DNA of 64,000 nucleotides from Escherichia coli (GCF_044324875.1 NZ_CP172185.1), one strand, 5' to 3'; positions 12,359 to 24,350 are shown, counted from the stretch's first letter. Notes: generated by a model from the sequence alone, not told the origin. Numbers and translations: made by a program.

Positions 12359-13831
12359 ATGTCATTGTTGCAAATTTTGCAAGGCACGTTTCGTCTTAGC
12401 GACACAAAAACGCTGCAATTGCCTCAGCTAACGTTAAACGCGGGTGATAGTTGGGCGTTTGTCGGTTCGAATGGAAGCGGGAAATCGGCCCTGGCCCGCG
12501 CGCTGGCGGGGGAACTTCCGCTTTTGAAAGGTGAACGGCAAAGCCAGTTTTCCCACATCACTCGTCTCTCCTTCGAGCAATTGCAAAAGCTCGTCAGCGA
12601 CGAATGGCAGCGGAATAACACCGATATGCTCGGCCCTGGCGAAGATGACACCGGGCGTACCACGGCTGAAATCATTCAGGATGAAGTAAAGGATGCACCG
12701 CGTTGTATGCAACTGGCGCAGCAGTTCGGTATTACCGCCCTCCTCGACCGACGCTTTAAATACCTTTCCACTGGCGAGACGCGAAAAACCCTGCTGTGTC
12801 AGGCGCTGATGTCGGAGCCTGACTTGTTGATTCTTGATGAGCCGTTCGATGGCCTGGATGTTGCCTCACGTCAGCAGCTGGCTGAGCTACTCGCCTCGTT
12901 ACATCAGTCCGGTATTACTCTGGTACTGGTGCTCAATCGCTTCGATGAGATCCCGGAATTTGTCCAGTTTGCTGGCGTGCTGGCGGATTGTACGTTAGCG
13001 GAAACGGGCGCTAAAGAGGAACTGCTCCAACAAGCACTCGTTGCGCAACTGGCGCATAGCGAACAGCTTGAAGGTGTACAACTGCCGGAGCCGGATGAAC
13101 CTTCAGCACGTCACGCCTTACCCGCCAACGAACCGCGCATTGTGCTGAACAACGGCGTGGTTTCTTATAATGATCGCCCCATTCTTAATAACCTTAGCTG
13201 GCAGGTGAATCCAGGTGAACACTGGCAAATTGTCGGGCCAAATGGCGCGGGAAAATCGACGTTATTAAGCCTGATTACTGGCGATCATCCGCAAGGTTAC
13301 AGCAACGATTTGACGCTTTTCGGACGACGTCGCGGCAGCGGCGAAACCATCTGGGATATCAAAAAGCATATCGGTTACGTCAGCAGTAGTTTGCATCTGG
13401 ATTACCGGGTCAGTACTACTGTGCGTAATGTGATTCTTTCTGGCTATTTTGATTCGATTGGCATTTATCAGGCCGTTTCGGATCGCCAGCAAAAACTGGT
13501 GCAGCAGTGGCTGGATATTCTCGGCATTGATAAACGCACGGCTGACGCTCCGTTCCATAGTCTTTCCTGGGGGCAACAACGCCTGGCGCTGATCGTCCGC
13601 GCGCTGGTGAAACATCCGACGTTGCTTATTCTCGATGAACCACTACAGGGGCTTGATCCGCTCAATCGCCAGCTTATCCGCCGGTTTGTTGATGTGCTGA
13701 TTAGCGAAGGTGAAACGCAATTGTTGTTTGTTTCGCACCACGCTGAAGATGCGCCTGCCTGTATTACCCATCGTCTTGAGTTCGTGCCAGACGGCGGACT
13801 CTATCGCTATGTGCTGACAAAAATAAATTGA
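12359..13831 (+). CDS. modF: Two-domain ABC-type ATPase
   Basis: Two Walker A motifs (GSNGSGKS, GPNGAGKS); 490 aa from the ATG at 12359. Confidence 0.85.
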   Translation: MSLLQILQGTFRLSDTKTLQLPQLTLNAGDSWAFVGSNGSGKSALARALAGELPLLKGERQSQFSHITRLSFEQLQKLVSDEWQRNNTDMLGPGEDDTGRTTAEIIQDEVKDAPRCMQLAQQFGITALLDRRFKYLSTGETRKTLLCQALMSEPDLLILDEPFDGLDVASRQQLAELLASLHQSGITLVLVLNRFDEIPEFVQFAGVLADCTLAETGAKEELLQQALVAQLAHSEQLEGVQLPEPDEPSARHALPANEPRIVLNNGVVSYNDRPILNNLSWQVNPGEHWQIVGPNGAGKSTLLSLITGDHPQGYSNDLTLFGRRRGSGETIWDIKKHIGYVSSSLHLDYRVSTTVRNVILSGYFDSIGIYQAVSDRQQKLVQQWLDILGIDKRTADAPFHSLSWGQQRLALIVRALVKHPTLLILDEPLQGLDPLNRQLIRRFVDVLISEGETQLLFVSHHAEDAPACITHRLEFVPDGGLYRYVLTKIN

Positions 13832-13999
13832 GTCGGTAGTGCTGACCGTGCCGGAGGCGGCCTAAGCGCCCTCTCCGGCCAACGGTTCGACGCATCCAGG
13901 CATGAAACCGCGTCTTTTTTTTCAGATAAAAAGCGCAATCATTCATAAACCCTCTGTTTTATAATCACTTAATCGCGCATAAAAAACGGCTAAATTCTT

Positions 14000-14015
14000 G
14001 TGTAAACGATTCCAC
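14000..14015 (+). promoter_or_regulatory. gal external operator OE (GTGTAAACGATTCCAC)
   Basis: Exact classical galOE sequence upstream of galE. Confidence 0.85.
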
Positions 14016-14050
14016 TAATTTATTCCATGTCACACTTTTCGCATCTTTGT

Positions 14051-14062
14051 TATGCTATGGTT
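14051..14062 (+). promoter_or_regulatory. Overlapping gal P2/P1 -10 elements (TATGCTA / TATGGTT)
   Basis: Classical gal promoter sequence context (…TTTGTTATGCTATGGTTATTTCATACCAT…). Confidence 0.8.
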
Positions 14063-14093
14063 ATTTCATACCATAAGCCTAATGGAGCGAATT

Positions 14094-15110
14094 ATGAGAG
14101 TTCTGGTTACCGGTGGTAGCGGTTACATTGGAAGTCATACCTGTGTGCAATTACTGCAAAACGGTCATGATGTCATCATTCTTGATAACCTCTGTAACAG
14201 TAAGCGCAGCGTACTGCCCGTTATCGAGCGTTTAGGCGGCAAACATCCAACGTTTGTTGAAGGCGATATTCGTAACGAAGCGTTGATGACCGAGATCCTG
14301 CACGATCACGCTATCGACACCGTGATCCACTTCGCCGGGCTGAAAGCCGTTGGCGAATCGGTACAAAAACCGCTGGAATATTACGACAACAATGTCAACG
14401 GTACTCTCCGCCTGATTAGCGCCATGCGCGCCGCGAACGTCAAAAACTTTATTTTTAGCTCCTCTGCCACCGTTTATGGCGATCAGCCCAAAATTCCATA
14501 CGTTGAAAGCTTCCCGACCGGCACACCGCAAAGCCCTTACGGCAAAAGCAAACTGATGGTTGAACAGATCCTCACCGATCTGCAAAAAGCCCAGCCGGAC
14601 TGGAGCATTGCCCTGCTGCGCTACTTCAACCCGGTTGGCGCACATCCGTCGGGCGATATGGGCGAAGATCCGCAAGGCATTCCGAATAACCTGATGCCAT
14701 ACATCGCCCAGGTTGCTGTAGGCCGTCGCGACTCGCTGGCGATTTTTGGTAACGATTATCCGACCGAAGACGGTACTGGCGTACGCGATTACATCCACGT
14801 AATGGATCTGGCGGACGGTCACGTCGTGGCGATGGAGAAACTGGCGAACAAGCCAGGCGTACACATCTACAACCTCGGCGCTGGCGTAGGCAGCAGCGTG
14901 CTGGACGTGGTTAATGCCTTCAGCAAAGCCTGCGGCAAACCAGTTAACTATCATTTTGCACCGCGTCGCGAGGGCGACCTTCCGGCCTACTGGGCGGACG
15001 CCAGCAAAGCCGACCGTGAACTGAACTGGCGCGTGACGCGCACACTCGATGAAATGGCGCAGGACACCTGGCACTGGCAGTCACGCCATCCACAGGGATA
15101 TCCCGATTAA
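14094..15110 (+). CDS. galE: UDP-glucose 4-epimerase
   Basis: MRVLVTGGSGYIGSH Rossmann N-terminus; 338 aa from the ATG at 14094. Confidence 0.95.
   Translation: MRVLVTGGSGYIGSHTCVQLLQNGHDVIILDNLCNSKRSVLPVIERLGGKHPTFVEGDIRNEALMTEILHDHAIDTVIHFAGLKAVGESVQKPLEYYDNNVNGTLRLISAMRAANVKNFIFSSSATVYGDQPKIPYVESFPTGTPQSPYGKSKLMVEQILTDLQKAQPDWSIALLRYFNPVGAHPSGDMGEDPQGIPNNLMPYIAQVAVGRRDSLAIFGNDYPTEDGTGVRDYIHVMDLADGHVVAMEKLANKPGVHIYNLGAGVGSSVLDVVNAFSKACGKPVNYHFAPRREGDLPAYWADASKADRELNWRVTRTLDEMAQDTWHWQSRHPQGYPD
14113..14128 (+). promoter_or_regulatory. gal internal operator OI (GTGGTAGCGGTTACAT) within galE
   Basis: Exact classical galOI sequence just inside the galE coding region. Confidence 0.8.
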
Positions 15111-15119
15111 GGAACGACC

Positions 15120-16166
15120 ATGACGCAATTTAATCCCGTTGATCATCCACATCGCCGCTACAACCCGCTCACCGGGCAATGGATTCTGGTTTCACCGCAC
15201 CGCGCTAAGCGCCCCTGGCAGGGGGCGCAGGAAACGCCAGCCAAACAGGTGTTACCTGCGCACGATCCAGATTGCTTCCTCTGCGCAGGTAATGTGCGGG
15301 TGACAGGCGATAAAAACCCCGATTACACCGGGACTTACGTTTTCACTAATGACTTTGCGGCCTTGATGTCTGACACGCCAGATGCGCCAGAAAGCAACGA
15401 TCCGCTGATGCGTTGCCAGAGCGCGCGCGGTGCCAGCCGGGTGATCTGCTTTTCACCGGATCACAGTAAAACGTTGCCAGAACTCAGCGTTGCGGCATTG
15501 ACGGAAATCGTCAAAACCTGGCAGGAGCAAACCGCAGAACTGGGGAAAACATACCCATGGGTGCAGGTCTTTGAAAACAAAGGTGCGGCGATGGGCTGCT
15601 CTAACCCGCATCCGCACGGACAGATTTGGGCAAATAGCTTCCTGCCTAACGAAGCTGAGCGCGAAGACCGCCTGCAAAAAGAATATTTTGCCGAACAGAA
15701 ATCACCAATGCTGGTGGATTATGTTCAGCGCGAGCTGGCAGACGGTAGCCGTACCGTTGTCGAAACCGAACACTGGTTAGCCGTCGTGCCTTACTGGGCT
15801 GCCTGGCCGTTCGAAACGCTACTGCTGCCCAAAGCCCACGTTTTACGGATCACCGATTTGACCGACGCCCAGCGCAGCGATTTGGCACTGGCGTTGAAAA
15901 AGCTGACCAGTCGTTATGACAACCTCTTCCAGTGCTCCTTCCCCTACTCTATGGGCTGGCACGGCGCGCCATTTAATGGCGAAGAGAATCAACACTGGCA
16001 GCTGCACGCGCACTTTTATCCGCCTCTGTTGCGCTCCGCCACCGTACGTAAATTTATGGTTGGTTATGAAATGCTGGCAGAGACCCAGCGAGACCTGACC
16101 GCAGAACAGGCAGCAGAGCGTTTGCGCGCAGTCAGCGATATCCATTTTCGCGAATCCGGAGTGTAA
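15120..16166 (+). CDS. galT: Galactose-1-phosphate uridylyltransferase
   Basis: 348 aa with the HPH motif (SNPHPHGQ); synteny. Confidence 0.95.
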   Translation: MTQFNPVDHPHRRYNPLTGQWILVSPHRAKRPWQGAQETPAKQVLPAHDPDCFLCAGNVRVTGDKNPDYTGTYVFTNDFAALMSDTPDAPESNDPLMRCQSARGASRVICFSPDHSKTLPELSVAALTEIVKTWQEQTAELGKTYPWVQVFENKGAAMGCSNPHPHGQIWANSFLPNEAEREDRLQKEYFAEQKSPMLVDYVQRELADGSRTVVETEHWLAVVPYWAAWPFETLLLPKAHVLRITDLTDAQRSDLALALKKLTSRYDNLFQCSFPYSMGWHGAPFNGEENQHWQLHAHFYPPLLRSATVRKFMVGYEMLAETQRDLTAEQAAERLRAVSDIHFRESGV

Positions 16167-16169
16167 GAA

Positions 16170-17318
16170 ATGAGTCTGAAAGAAAAAACACAATCTCTGT
16201 TTGCCAACGCATTTGGCTACCCTGCCACTCACACCATTCAGGCGCCTGGCCGCGTGAATTTGATTGGTGAACACACCGACTACAACGACGGTTTCGTTCT
16301 GCCCTGCGCGATTGATTATCAAACCGTGATCAGCTGTGCGCCACGCGATGACCATAAAGTTCGCGTAATGGCAGCCGATTATGAAAATCAGCTCGACGAG
16401 TTTTCCCTCGATGCGCCCATTGTCGCGCATGAAAACTATCAATGGGCTAACTACGTTCGTGGCGTGGTGAAACATCTGCAACTGCGTAACAACAGCTTCG
16501 GCGGCGTGGACATGGTGATCAGCGGCAATGTGCCGCAGGGTGCCGGGTTAAGTTCTTCCGCTTCACTGGAAGTCGCGGTCGGAACCGTATTGCAGCAGCT
16601 TTATCATTTGCCGCTGGATGGCGCACAAATCGCGCTTAACGGTCAGGAAGCAGAAAACCAGTTTGTTGGCTGTAACTGCGGGATCATGGATCAGCTAATT
16701 TCCGCACTCGGCAAGAAAGATCATGCCTTGCTGATTGACTGCCGCTCACTGGGGACTAAAGCAGTTTCCATGCCGAAAGGTGTGGCTGTCGTCATCATTA
16801 ACAGTAACTTCAAACGTACCCTGGTTGGCAGCGAATACAACACCCGTCGTGAACAGTGCGAAACCGGTGCGCGTTTCTTCCAGCAGCCAGCGCTGCGCGA
16901 TGTCACCATTGAAGAGTTCAACGCTGTTGCGCATGAACTGGACCCGATCGTGGCAAAACGTGTGCGTCATATACTGACTGAAAACGCCCGCACCGTTGAA
17001 GCTGCCAGTGCGCTGGAGCAAGGCGACCTGAAACGTATGGGCGAGTTGATGGCGGAGTCTCATGCCTCTATGCGCGATGATTTCGAAATCACCGTTCCGC
17101 AAATTGACACTCTGGTAGAAATCGTCAAAGCTGTGATTGGCGACAAAGGTGGCGTACGCATGACCGGCGGCGGATTTGGCGGCTGTATCGTCGCGCTGAT
17201 CCCGGAAGAGCTGGTGCCTGCCGTACAGCAAGCTGTCGCTGAACAATATGAAGCAAAAACAGGTATTAAAGAGACTTTTTACGTTTGTAAACCATCACAA
17301 GGAGCAGGACAGTGCTGA
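16170..17318 (+). CDS. galK: Galactokinase
   Basis: 382 aa; GHMP kinase motifs ([14 protein letters not shown]). Confidence 0.95.
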   Translation: MSLKEKTQSLFANAFGYPATHTIQAPGRVNLIGEHTDYNDGFVLPCAIDYQTVISCAPRDDHKVRVMAADYENQLDEFSLDAPIVAHENYQWANYVRGVVKHLQLRNNSFGGVDMVISGNVPQGAGLSSSASLEVAVGTVLQQLYHLPLDGAQIALNGQEAENQFVGCNCGIMDQLISALGKKDHALLIDCRSLGTKAVSMPKGVAVVIINSNFKRTLVGSEYNTRREQCETGARFFQQPALRDVTIEEFNAVAHELDPIVAKRVRHILTENARTVEAASALEQGDLKRMGELMAESHASMRDDFEITVPQIDTLVEIVKAVIGDKGGVRMTGGGFGGCIVALIPEELVPAVQQAVAEQYEAKTGIKETFYVCKPSQGAGQC

Positions 17319-18352
17319 ACGAAACTCCCGCACTGGCACCCGATGGTCAGCCGTACCGACTGTTAACTTTGCGTAACAACGCAGGGATGGTAGTCACGCT
17401 GATGGACTGGGGTGCGACTTTACTTTCAGCCCGTATTCCGCTTTCCGATGGCAGCGTCCGCGAGGCGCTGCTCGGCTGTGCCAGCCCGGAATGCTATCAG
17501 GATCTGGCCGCGTTTCTGGGGGCCTCTATTGGTCGTTATGCCAACCGCATCGCCAATAGCCGTTATACCTTTGACGGTGAAACCGTGACGCTTTCGCCAA
17601 GTCAGGGCGTCAACCAATTGCACGGCGGCCCGGAAGGGTTCGACAAACGTCGCTGGCAGATTGTGAACCAGAACGATCGTCAGGTGCTGTTTGCCCTGAG
17701 TTCAGATGATGGCGATCAGGGCTTCCCGGGTAATCTCGGCGCGACGGTGCAATATCGTCTGACCGACGATAACCGTATCTCCATTACTTATCGCGCCACA
17801 GTTGATAAACCTTGCCCGGTGAATATGACTAATCACGTCTATTTCAATCTTGACGGCGAGCAGTCTGACGTGCGCAATCACAAGTTGCAGATTCTGGCGG
17901 ACGAATATCTGCCGGTTGATGAAGGCGGCATTCCCCACGACGGCCTGAAATCTGTCGCCGGAACGTCTTTTGATTTCCGCAGCGCCAAAATCATCGCCAG
18001 TGAGTTTCTTGCCGACGACGATCAGCGCAAAGTGAAAGGTTACGATCACGCGTTCTTGTTACAGGCCAAAGGCGATGGCAAGAAAGTGGCGGCGCATGTC
18101 TGGTCAGCAGATGAAAAATTGCAGCTGAAGGTCTACACCACCGCTCCGGCTCTGCAATTCTACTCCGGCAACTTCCTCGGCGGCACACCGTCGCGGGGAA
18201 CCGAACCTTACGCCGACTGGCAAGGGCTGGCTCTGGAAAGCGAATTTCTGCCGGACAGCCCGAACCACCCTGAATGGCCGCAACCAGACTGCTTCCTGCG
18301 TCCTGGCGAAGAGTATTCCAGCCTGACGGAATATCAGTTTATTGCTCAGTAA
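17312..18352 (+). CDS. galM: Aldose 1-epimerase (galactose mutarotase)
   Basis: 346 aa; overlaps the galK stop; synteny. Confidence 0.93.
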   Translation: MLNETPALAPDGQPYRLLTLRNNAGMVVTLMDWGATLLSARIPLSDGSVREALLGCASPECYQDLAAFLGASIGRYANRIANSRYTFDGETVTLSPSQGVNQLHGGPEGFDKRRWQIVNQNDRQVLFALSSDDGDQGFPGNLGATVQYRLTDDNRISITYRATVDKPCPVNMTNHVYFNLDGEQSDVRNHKLQILADEYLPVDEGGIPHDGLKSVAGTSFDFRSAKIIASEFLADDDQRKVKGYDHAFLLQAKGDGKKVAAHVWSADEKLQLKVYTTAPALQFYSGNFLGGTPSRGTEPYADWQGLALESEFLPDSPNHPEWPQPDCFLRPGEEYSSLTEYQFIAQ

Positions 18353-18507
18353 TGTTAAGCCCTCGTCATGAGGGCTTTATCCTCATATTGTTCAAATCAC
18401 CAGCAAACACCGACATATTTGCAACTCAATATTCACAACAACCTTACACTGCGACACTATTTTCGCTATGGTTATGCGTAAGCATTGCTGTTGCTTCGTC
18501 ACGGCAA

Positions 18508-18527
18508 TATAATGAGAATTATTATCA
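18508..18527 (+). promoter_or_regulatory. Fur-box-like AT-rich hexamer array (tataatgagaattattatcat) upstream of gpmA
   Basis: Resembles the GATAATGATAATCATTATC consensus by eye; gpmA is reported as Fur-regulated. Confidence 0.4.
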
Positions 18528-18554
18528 TTAAAAGATGATTTGAGGAGTAAGTAT

Positions 18555-19307
18555 ATGGCTGTAACTAAGCTGGTTCTGGTTCGTCATGGCGAAAGTCAGT
18601 GGAACAAAGAAAACCGTTTCACCGGTTGGTACGACGTGGATCTGTCTGAGAAAGGCGTAAGCGAAGCAAAAGCAGCAGGTAAGCTGCTGAAAGAGGAAGG
18701 TTACAGCTTTGACTTTGCTTACACCTCTGTGCTGAAACGCGCTATCCATACCCTGTGGAATGTGCTGGACGAACTGGATCAGGCATGGCTGCCCGTTGAG
18801 AAATCCTGGAAACTGAACGAACGTCACTACGGTGCGTTGCAGGGTCTGAACAAAGCGGAAACTGCTGAAAAGTATGGCGACGAGCAGGTGAAACAGTGGC
18901 GTCGTGGTTTTGCAGTGACTCCGCCGGAACTGACTAAAGATGATGAGCGTTATCCGGGTCACGATCCACGTTACGCGAAGCTGAGCGAGAAAGAACTGCC
19001 ACTGACGGAAAGCCTGGCGCTGACCATTGACCGCGTGATCCCTTACTGGAATGAAACCATTCTGCCGCGTATGAAGAGCGGTGAGCGCGTAATCATCGCT
19101 GCACACGGTAACTCGTTACGTGCGCTGGTGAAATATCTTGATAACATGAGCGAAGAAGAGATTCTTGAGCTGAATATCCCGACCGGCGTGCCGCTGGTTT
19201 ATGAGTTTGACGAGAACTTCAAACCGCTGAAACGCTATTATCTGGGTAATGCTGACGAGATCGCGGCGAAAGCAGCAGCCGTTGCGAACCAGGGTAAAGC
19301 GAAGTAA
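18555..19307 (+). CDS. gpmA: 2,3-bisphosphoglycerate-dependent phosphoglycerate mutase
   Basis: [12 protein letters not shown] catalytic motif; 250 aa from the ATG at 18555. Confidence 0.95.
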
Positions 19308-19331
19308 ACGTCATTCGCTTAAAAATGAGAA

Positions 19332-19362
19332 AGCCGACTGCAAGTGAGTCGGCTTTTTTATT
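19332..19362 (+). terminator. Rho-independent terminator after gpmA (gccgac…gtcggc followed by a T-run)
   Basis: Stem-loop plus TTTTTTATTTTT seen directly. Confidence 0.7.
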
Positions 19363-19387
19363 TTTCGTTGCTACCAATGGAGCACAT

Positions 19388-19468
19388 TGCCTGATGCGAC
19401 GCTGCGCGTCTTGTCAGGGCTACGGTGATTCATCGGATACGCCACTCTGACGGCGCATCCGACAATTA
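19388..19468. repeat. REP/BIME-like palindromic elements (tgcctgatgcgacgctgcgcgtcttgtcagggctac and cggatacgcc…ggcgcatccg)
   Basis: Matches the E. coli REP consensus family by eye. Confidence 0.5.
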
Positions 19469-19472
19469 AACC

Positions 19473-20525
19473 TTACCCGCGACGCGCTTTTACTGCATTC
19501 GCCAGTTGACGTAATAGAGCATCGGTATCTTCCCAGCCGATGCAGGCATCAGTGATGCTCTTTCCGTAGGCCAGCGGCTCCCCGCTCTCGAGGCTCTGAT
19601 TGCCTTCCACCAGATGGCTTTCCACCATCACGCCAATAATGGCCTTTTCGCCACCGGCAATCTGCTGGCAAACGTCAGCACAAACATCCATCTGCTTTTT
19701 GAATTGTTTGGACGAATTAGCATGGCTGAAATCGATCATCACCTGTGCTGGCAGGCCTGCTTTGTTCAGCCCTTCTTTCACTTCAGCAACGTGCTTCGCA
19801 CTGTAGTTAGGCTCTTTACCGCCGCGCAGAATGATATGGCAATCGCCGTTACCGCTGGTATTCACAATCGCCGAATGCCCCCATTTCGTTACGGACAGGA
19901 AGCAGTGCGGCGCACCGGCGGCATTAATGGCATCGATAGCCACTTTAATCGTACCATCAGTGCCATTTTTGAAGCCTACCGGGCAAGAAAGCCCTGATGC
20001 CAGTTCGCGGTGCACCTGCGATTCCGTAGTACGTGCGCCAATTGCGCCCCAGCTCATCAGGTCAGCGAGATATTGTGGGGTGATCATATCCAGGAATTCA
20101 CCCGCCGCTGGCAGACCGCTGTCGTTAATATCGAGCAGCAATTTGCGGGCAATACGCAGACCGTCGTTGATCTGGAAGCTGTTATCCATATGCGGATCGT
20201 TAATCAGCCCTTTCCAGCCCACCGTAGTACGCGGCTTTTCAAAATAGACGCGCATCACGATTTCCAGCTCATCTTGCAGCTCTTCACGCAGCGTCAGCAA
20301 GCGAGCGGCATACTCTTTAGCCGCGACAGGATCATGAATTGAGCACGGACCAATCACCACCAACAGGCGATCATCATTACCTTTCAGGATTTTATGGATC
20401 GCTTTTCGGGCATGGGCGACCGTATTCGCGGCATTTTCAGTAGCGGGGAATTTTTCCAGCAATGCGACAGGAGGAAGTAACTCTTTGATTTCTTTGATGC
20501 GTAAATCGTCGTTCTGATAATTCAT
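19473..20525 (-). CDS. aroG: Phe-sensitive DAHP synthase
   Basis: 350 aa; synteny. Confidence 0.93.
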   Translation of the reverse strand: MNYQNDDLRIKEIKELLPPVALLEKFPATENAANTVAHARKAIHKILKGNDDRLLVVIGPCSIHDPVAAKEYAARLLTLREELQDELEIVMRVYFEKPRTTVGWKGLINDPHMDNSFQINDGLRIARKLLLDINDSGLPAAGEFLDMITPQYLADLMSWGAIGARTTESQVHRELASGLSCPVGFKNGTDGTIKVAIDAINAAGAPHCFLSVTKWGHSAIVNTSGNGDCHIILRGGKEPNYSAKHVAEVKEGLNKAGLPAQVMIDFSHANSSKQFKKQMDVCADVCQQIAGGEKAIIGVMVESHLVEGNQSLESGEPLAYGKSITDACIGWEDTDALLRQLANAVKARRG

Positions 20526-20595
20526 GTCTGTTCCAGTGTTGCCATACTTATCTTAGTGAATGCAATACTTCCAATCTATATCTTCCGTCAGAATG

Positions 20596-20613
20596 TGTAA
20601 ACGGGGTTTTACA
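20596..20613 (-). promoter_or_regulatory. TyrR box (TGTAAA-N6-TTTACA) upstream of aroG
   Basis: Perfect match to the TyrR-box consensus, tgtaaacggggttttaca. Confidence 0.7.
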
Positions 20614-20839
20614 CTATGAACGGATTAATCCTGGAATTAGCAAGAAAAACGCCAGATTGTCGCGAAAAACGAGATCTCTCCTACAATTTCTAACTGTAAC
20701 TCCTTTGTTTGTTAATTATTTCAAGATTCTCTGCTGGGTATCTTAGCCTGGCTGAAATCTTAAACCATTGCCTATATTCACCTGCAAATGCACTGTTGGA
20801 AGAGGTTATCCGACATAACGACCATAACAGGAGCATCCT

Positions 20840-21220
20840 ATGAAAATGACAAAACTGGCCACACTATTTTTGACTGCCACTCTAAGCCTTGCCAGCGGTG
20901 CCGCACTGGCTGCCGATAGCGGAGCGCAAAGCAATAACGGCCAGGCAAACGCCGCAGCTGATGCGGGCCAGGTAGCCCCTGATGCCCGTGAAAATGTCGC
21001 GCCAAATAACGTCGACAATAACGGGGTAAATACCGGTTCTGGTGGCACAATGCTGCATCCGGATGGTTCTTCAATGAACAATGACGGCATGACCAAAGAT
21101 GAAGAGCACAAGAACACCATGTGCAAAGATGGTCGCTGCCCGGATATCAATAAAAAAGTCCAAACCGGTGATGGCATCAACAATGATGTCGATACCAAAA
21201 CCGACGGTACCACGCAGTAA
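20840..21220 (+). CDS. ybgS: Secreted low-complexity protein
   Basis: 126 aa with signal peptide, Ala/Asn/Gly-rich; length and synteny match ybgS. Confidence 0.8.
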   Translation: MKMTKLATLFLTATLSLASGAALAADSGAQSNNGQANAAADAGQVAPDARENVAPNNVDNNGVNTGSGGTMLHPDGSSMNNDGMTKDEEHKNTMCKDGRCPDINKKVQTGDGINNDVDTKTDGTTQ

Positions 21221-21333
21221 CCCTGCGAAATAGCCAATAATGGGAGAGCGGAGTCTCTCCCTTTTAATTTTTCCCTTCTAAAAGCAGTATGATGTCATAA
21301 AGTTAAGTGAGAATAATTAAGGGATGACTCGTC

Positions 21334-22275
21334 ATGGCGCACTCACACTCACACACTTCCTCACACCTGCCAGAAGATAATAATGCTCGTCGCTTGTTGT
21401 ATGCTTTCGGCGTGACTGCCGGGTTTATGCTGGTAGAAGTCATTGGTGGTTTTCTTTCCGGTTCTCTGGCATTGCTGGCCGATGCGGGTCATATGTTGAC
21501 CGATACTGCCGCCCTGCTTTTCGCCCTACTCGCAGTGCAATTTTCCCGTCGTCCTCCCACCATTCGCCACACTTTCGGTTGGCTAAGATTGACCACGCTC
21601 GCGGCGTTTGTGAATGCCATCGCCCTGGTGGTGATTACTATTTTGATTGTCTGGGAGGCGATAGAACGCTTCCGCACTCCGCTTCCGGTCGAGGGCGGCA
21701 TGATGATGGCAATTGCCGTGGCTGGGCTGCTGGCAAATATACTTTCTTTCTGGTTACTTCATCACGGCAGCGAAGAGAAAAACCTCAACGTGCGAGCAGC
21801 GGCACTGCATGTGCTCGGGGACCTGCTGGGTTCGGTTGGGGCTATTATTGCCGCGTTGATTATTATCTGGACCGGCTGGACACCTGCTGACCCCATTCTC
21901 TCAATACTGGTGTCGCTTCTGGTTCTGCGTAGCGCGTGGCGACTGTTGAAAGATAGCGTGAATGAATTACTTGAAGGTGCACCGGTATCGCTGGATATCG
22001 CCGAACTGAAGCGTCGTATGTGCCGGGAAATCCCGGAAGTCCGCAATGTGCACCATGTACATGTATGGATGGTAGGCGAGAAGCCGGTGATGACGCTGCA
22101 TGTGCAGGTGATCCCGCCACACGATCACGATGCCTTGTTAGATCAGATCCAACACTACCTGATGGATCACTATCAGATTGAACACGCCACTATTCAGATG
22201 GAATATCAACCTTGTCATGGGCCAGACTGCCACCTGAATGAAGGGGTGTCTGGCCATTCACATCATCACCATTAA
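21334..22275 (+). CDS. zitB: Cation-diffusion-facilitator zinc exporter
   Basis: 313 aa; His-rich N and C termini; CDF membrane topology. Confidence 0.9.
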   Translation: MAHSHSHTSSHLPEDNNARRLLYAFGVTAGFMLVEVIGGFLSGSLALLADAGHMLTDTAALLFALLAVQFSRRPPTIRHTFGWLRLTTLAAFVNAIALVVITILIVWEAIERFRTPLPVEGGMMMAIAVAGLLANILSFWLLHHGSEEKNLNVRAAALHVLGDLLGSVGAIIAALIIIWTGWTPADPILSILVSLLVLRSAWRLLKDSVNELLEGAPVSLDIAELKRRMCREIPEVRNVHHVHVWMVGEKPVMTLHVQVIPPHDHDALLDQIQHYLMDHYQIEHATIQMEYQPCHGPDCHLNEGVSGHSHHHH

Positions 22276-22991
22276 TGGGACAGCGCGCGTGAACCTCTTT
22301 CGCGTGCGCTGTTGATCCACATCCGGCTGCCGTTGAGGGCAATAAAGGTCAGGATGATGTACTCCAGAGACATGGCGTAAACGCCCTGAAGTGCAAAAAT
22401 AACGACGCTAATCACGTTAATAATCACCCACAACAGCCAGTTTTCCACATACTTACGCGTCATCAGAATCATTGCCACGATAGATAACACCATCATGCAG
22501 GAATCCCAGAACGGGAAAGCGTCCGGCTGTAGTTCAGGCATCGCAACCTGTAATCCTAATGCTTGCATGATCATGACTGCCACGCGGGTCAAAAATGCAA
22601 ACACCGGATTGATAAATACCGTCATCAGACCAATCGAAACAACGCAAACCGCCAACCAGCTTAGCGCCTTCGGCAATGGCAACCAGCGAATTTTCAACTC
22701 CGCCTCGTTCTGACTGGTTTGTCGCGACCACGCATACCAGCCGTAAATATTCGCGGCAAAGAAAAACACCTGTAATAGCAGGCTGGCATACAGCTGAATC
22801 TGAAAGAAAATAATGCCAAACAATGTGACGTTGATCAGGCCAAAGAAGTAGTTGCTGATCTTCTCCAGACTGGCAAGGCCAATACACAGCAACCCGGCGA
22901 TCGTGCCTACCGCTTCGATCCATGAGAGATCATAACCGCCTGCTCCTATTGGTATATGTACCAGGATATTCTGCACACTAAAAAAATCCAT
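22272..22991 (-). CDS. pnuC: Nicotinamide riboside transporter
   Basis: 239-aa membrane protein; synteny with nadA. Confidence 0.9.
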   Translation of the reverse strand: MDFFSVQNILVHIPIGAGGYDLSWIEAVGTIAGLLCIGLASLEKISNYFFGLINVTLFGIIFFQIQLYASLLLQVFFFAANIYGWYAWSRQTSQNEAELKIRWLPLPKALSWLAVCVVSIGLMTVFINPVFAFLTRVAVMIMQALGLQVAMPELQPDAFPFWDSCMMVLSIVAMILMTRKYVENWLLWVIINVISVVIFALQGVYAMSLEYIILTFIALNGSRMWINSARERGSRALSH

Positions 22992-23028
22992 CTTTCCCCC
23001 AAAGCGTAACGTTACGCCTTATTATTCG

Positions 23029-24073
23029 TTATCCACGTAGTGTAGCCGCAAAATCCAGCATACGATTGAGCGGCACCAGCGCCCTCTCTCGCAGCCTTTC
23101 CTCAACATGAACCTCGTGGATTGCTTCCTTCCTGTTCTAATGCCTCTGCGATGGCCTGAAGGCCATTCATGGCCATCCACGGACAATGCGCGCAGCTGCG
23201 GCAGGTTGCGCCCTCACCCGCGGTTGGTGCTTCCAGTAACTCTTTATCTGGTACCGCCTGCTGCATTTTGTAGAAAATACCCCGATCGGTTGCCACGATA
23301 AGTCGCTGATGTGGCAATGTTTTCGCAGCAGCAATCAGTTGACTGGTGGAACCGACCGCATCCGCCATCTCTACAATAGCTTGCGGTGATTCTGGATGCA
23401 CCAGTATGGCAGCATCCGGGTATTCTTCTTGCAAGCGGGTTAACGCCTGAGTCTTAAACTCATCATGCACAATGCAGGCACCCTGCCAGCATAAAATGTC
23501 TGCGCCCGTCTGTTTTTGCACGTAACGCCCCAGATGTTTGTCGGGTGCCCAGATGATTTTTTCACCCAAACTATCCAGATGATCAATAAGTTCGACGGCA
23601 ATGCTTGAAGTTATCACCCAATCTGCCCGCGCTTTTACCGCAGCAGAAGTGTTGGCGTAGACGACGACAGTATGATCGGGATGGGCATCGCAAAATGCGT
23701 TAAATTCTTCAACTGGGCAGCCGAGATCCAGTGAACATTCAGCCTGAAGTGTCGGCATCAGAATTGTTTTTTCCGGACTGAGAATTTTGGCGGTTTCTCC
23801 CATAAATCTCACCCCAGCGACTAACAACGTAGAAGCGGGATGCTTTGCACCGAAGCGCGCCATTTCCAGAGAATCAGAAATACAGCCACCGGTTTCTTCT
23901 GCCAGTTGTTGAATTTCGGGATCGGTATAGTAGTGGGCAACCATCACCGCATTACGTTCTTTTAGCAGACGTTTTATCTTCTCGCGGTAATACACTTTTT
24001 CATCAATGCTTAACGGCGTCGGCTTCGGGGGGAAAGGATAAATCGCCGTGTCTGGATCAAACATCACGCTCAT
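23029..24073 (-). pseudogene. nadA: Quinolinate synthase A with an apparent +1 frameshift near the 3' end; the intact reading frame stops at 23102 (323 aa)
   Basis: The ORF ends …[11 protein letters not shown]. The shifted frame continues as [29 protein letters not shown] to 23029, which would restore the K-12-length 347-aa product. One extra G in the GG pair at 23118-23119 (plus strand). Confidence 0.6.
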
Positions 24074-24145
24074 CTTACCATCTCGTTTTACAGGATTAAC
24101 GTTAAAGCCGACCTAAGCGTGATATTCGCTATTATCGGCGTAATT

Positions 24146-24163
24146 TGTTTTATATGCTAAACA
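24146..24163 (-). promoter_or_regulatory. NadR-box-like palindrome (TGTTTTATATGCTAAACA) upstream of nadA
   Basis: TGTTTA…TAAACA inverted repeat read from the sequence; consensus from memory. Confidence 0.45.
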
Positions 24164-24319
24164 AGATAGTCGAATGGTGGGGAAAAGTCACTCGAATTAC
24201 GTATGAGATGACGAATGCCACACTTTGCGTCTTATTCCTCCGACGTAGAGTTGTTTACGCAGCAAGCGCGGAGTATGTCATCAGGGTTAAGAATTGAAAT
24301 TGAGAGATGCCTGAATAGC

Positions 24320-24346
24320 AAAAAAGCGCCTTTAGGGCGCTTTTTT
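24320..24346 (-). terminator. Rho-independent terminator downstream of the tRNA operon (gcgcc…ggcgc plus U-run)
   Basis: Hairpin flanked by A/T runs seen directly. Confidence 0.6.
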
Positions 24347-24350
24347 ACAT

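Noticed and set aside
14232-16481. 280-aa and 212-aa minus-strand ORFs
   Set aside because: Antisense to galE and galT/galK, whose plus-strand products are unambiguous.
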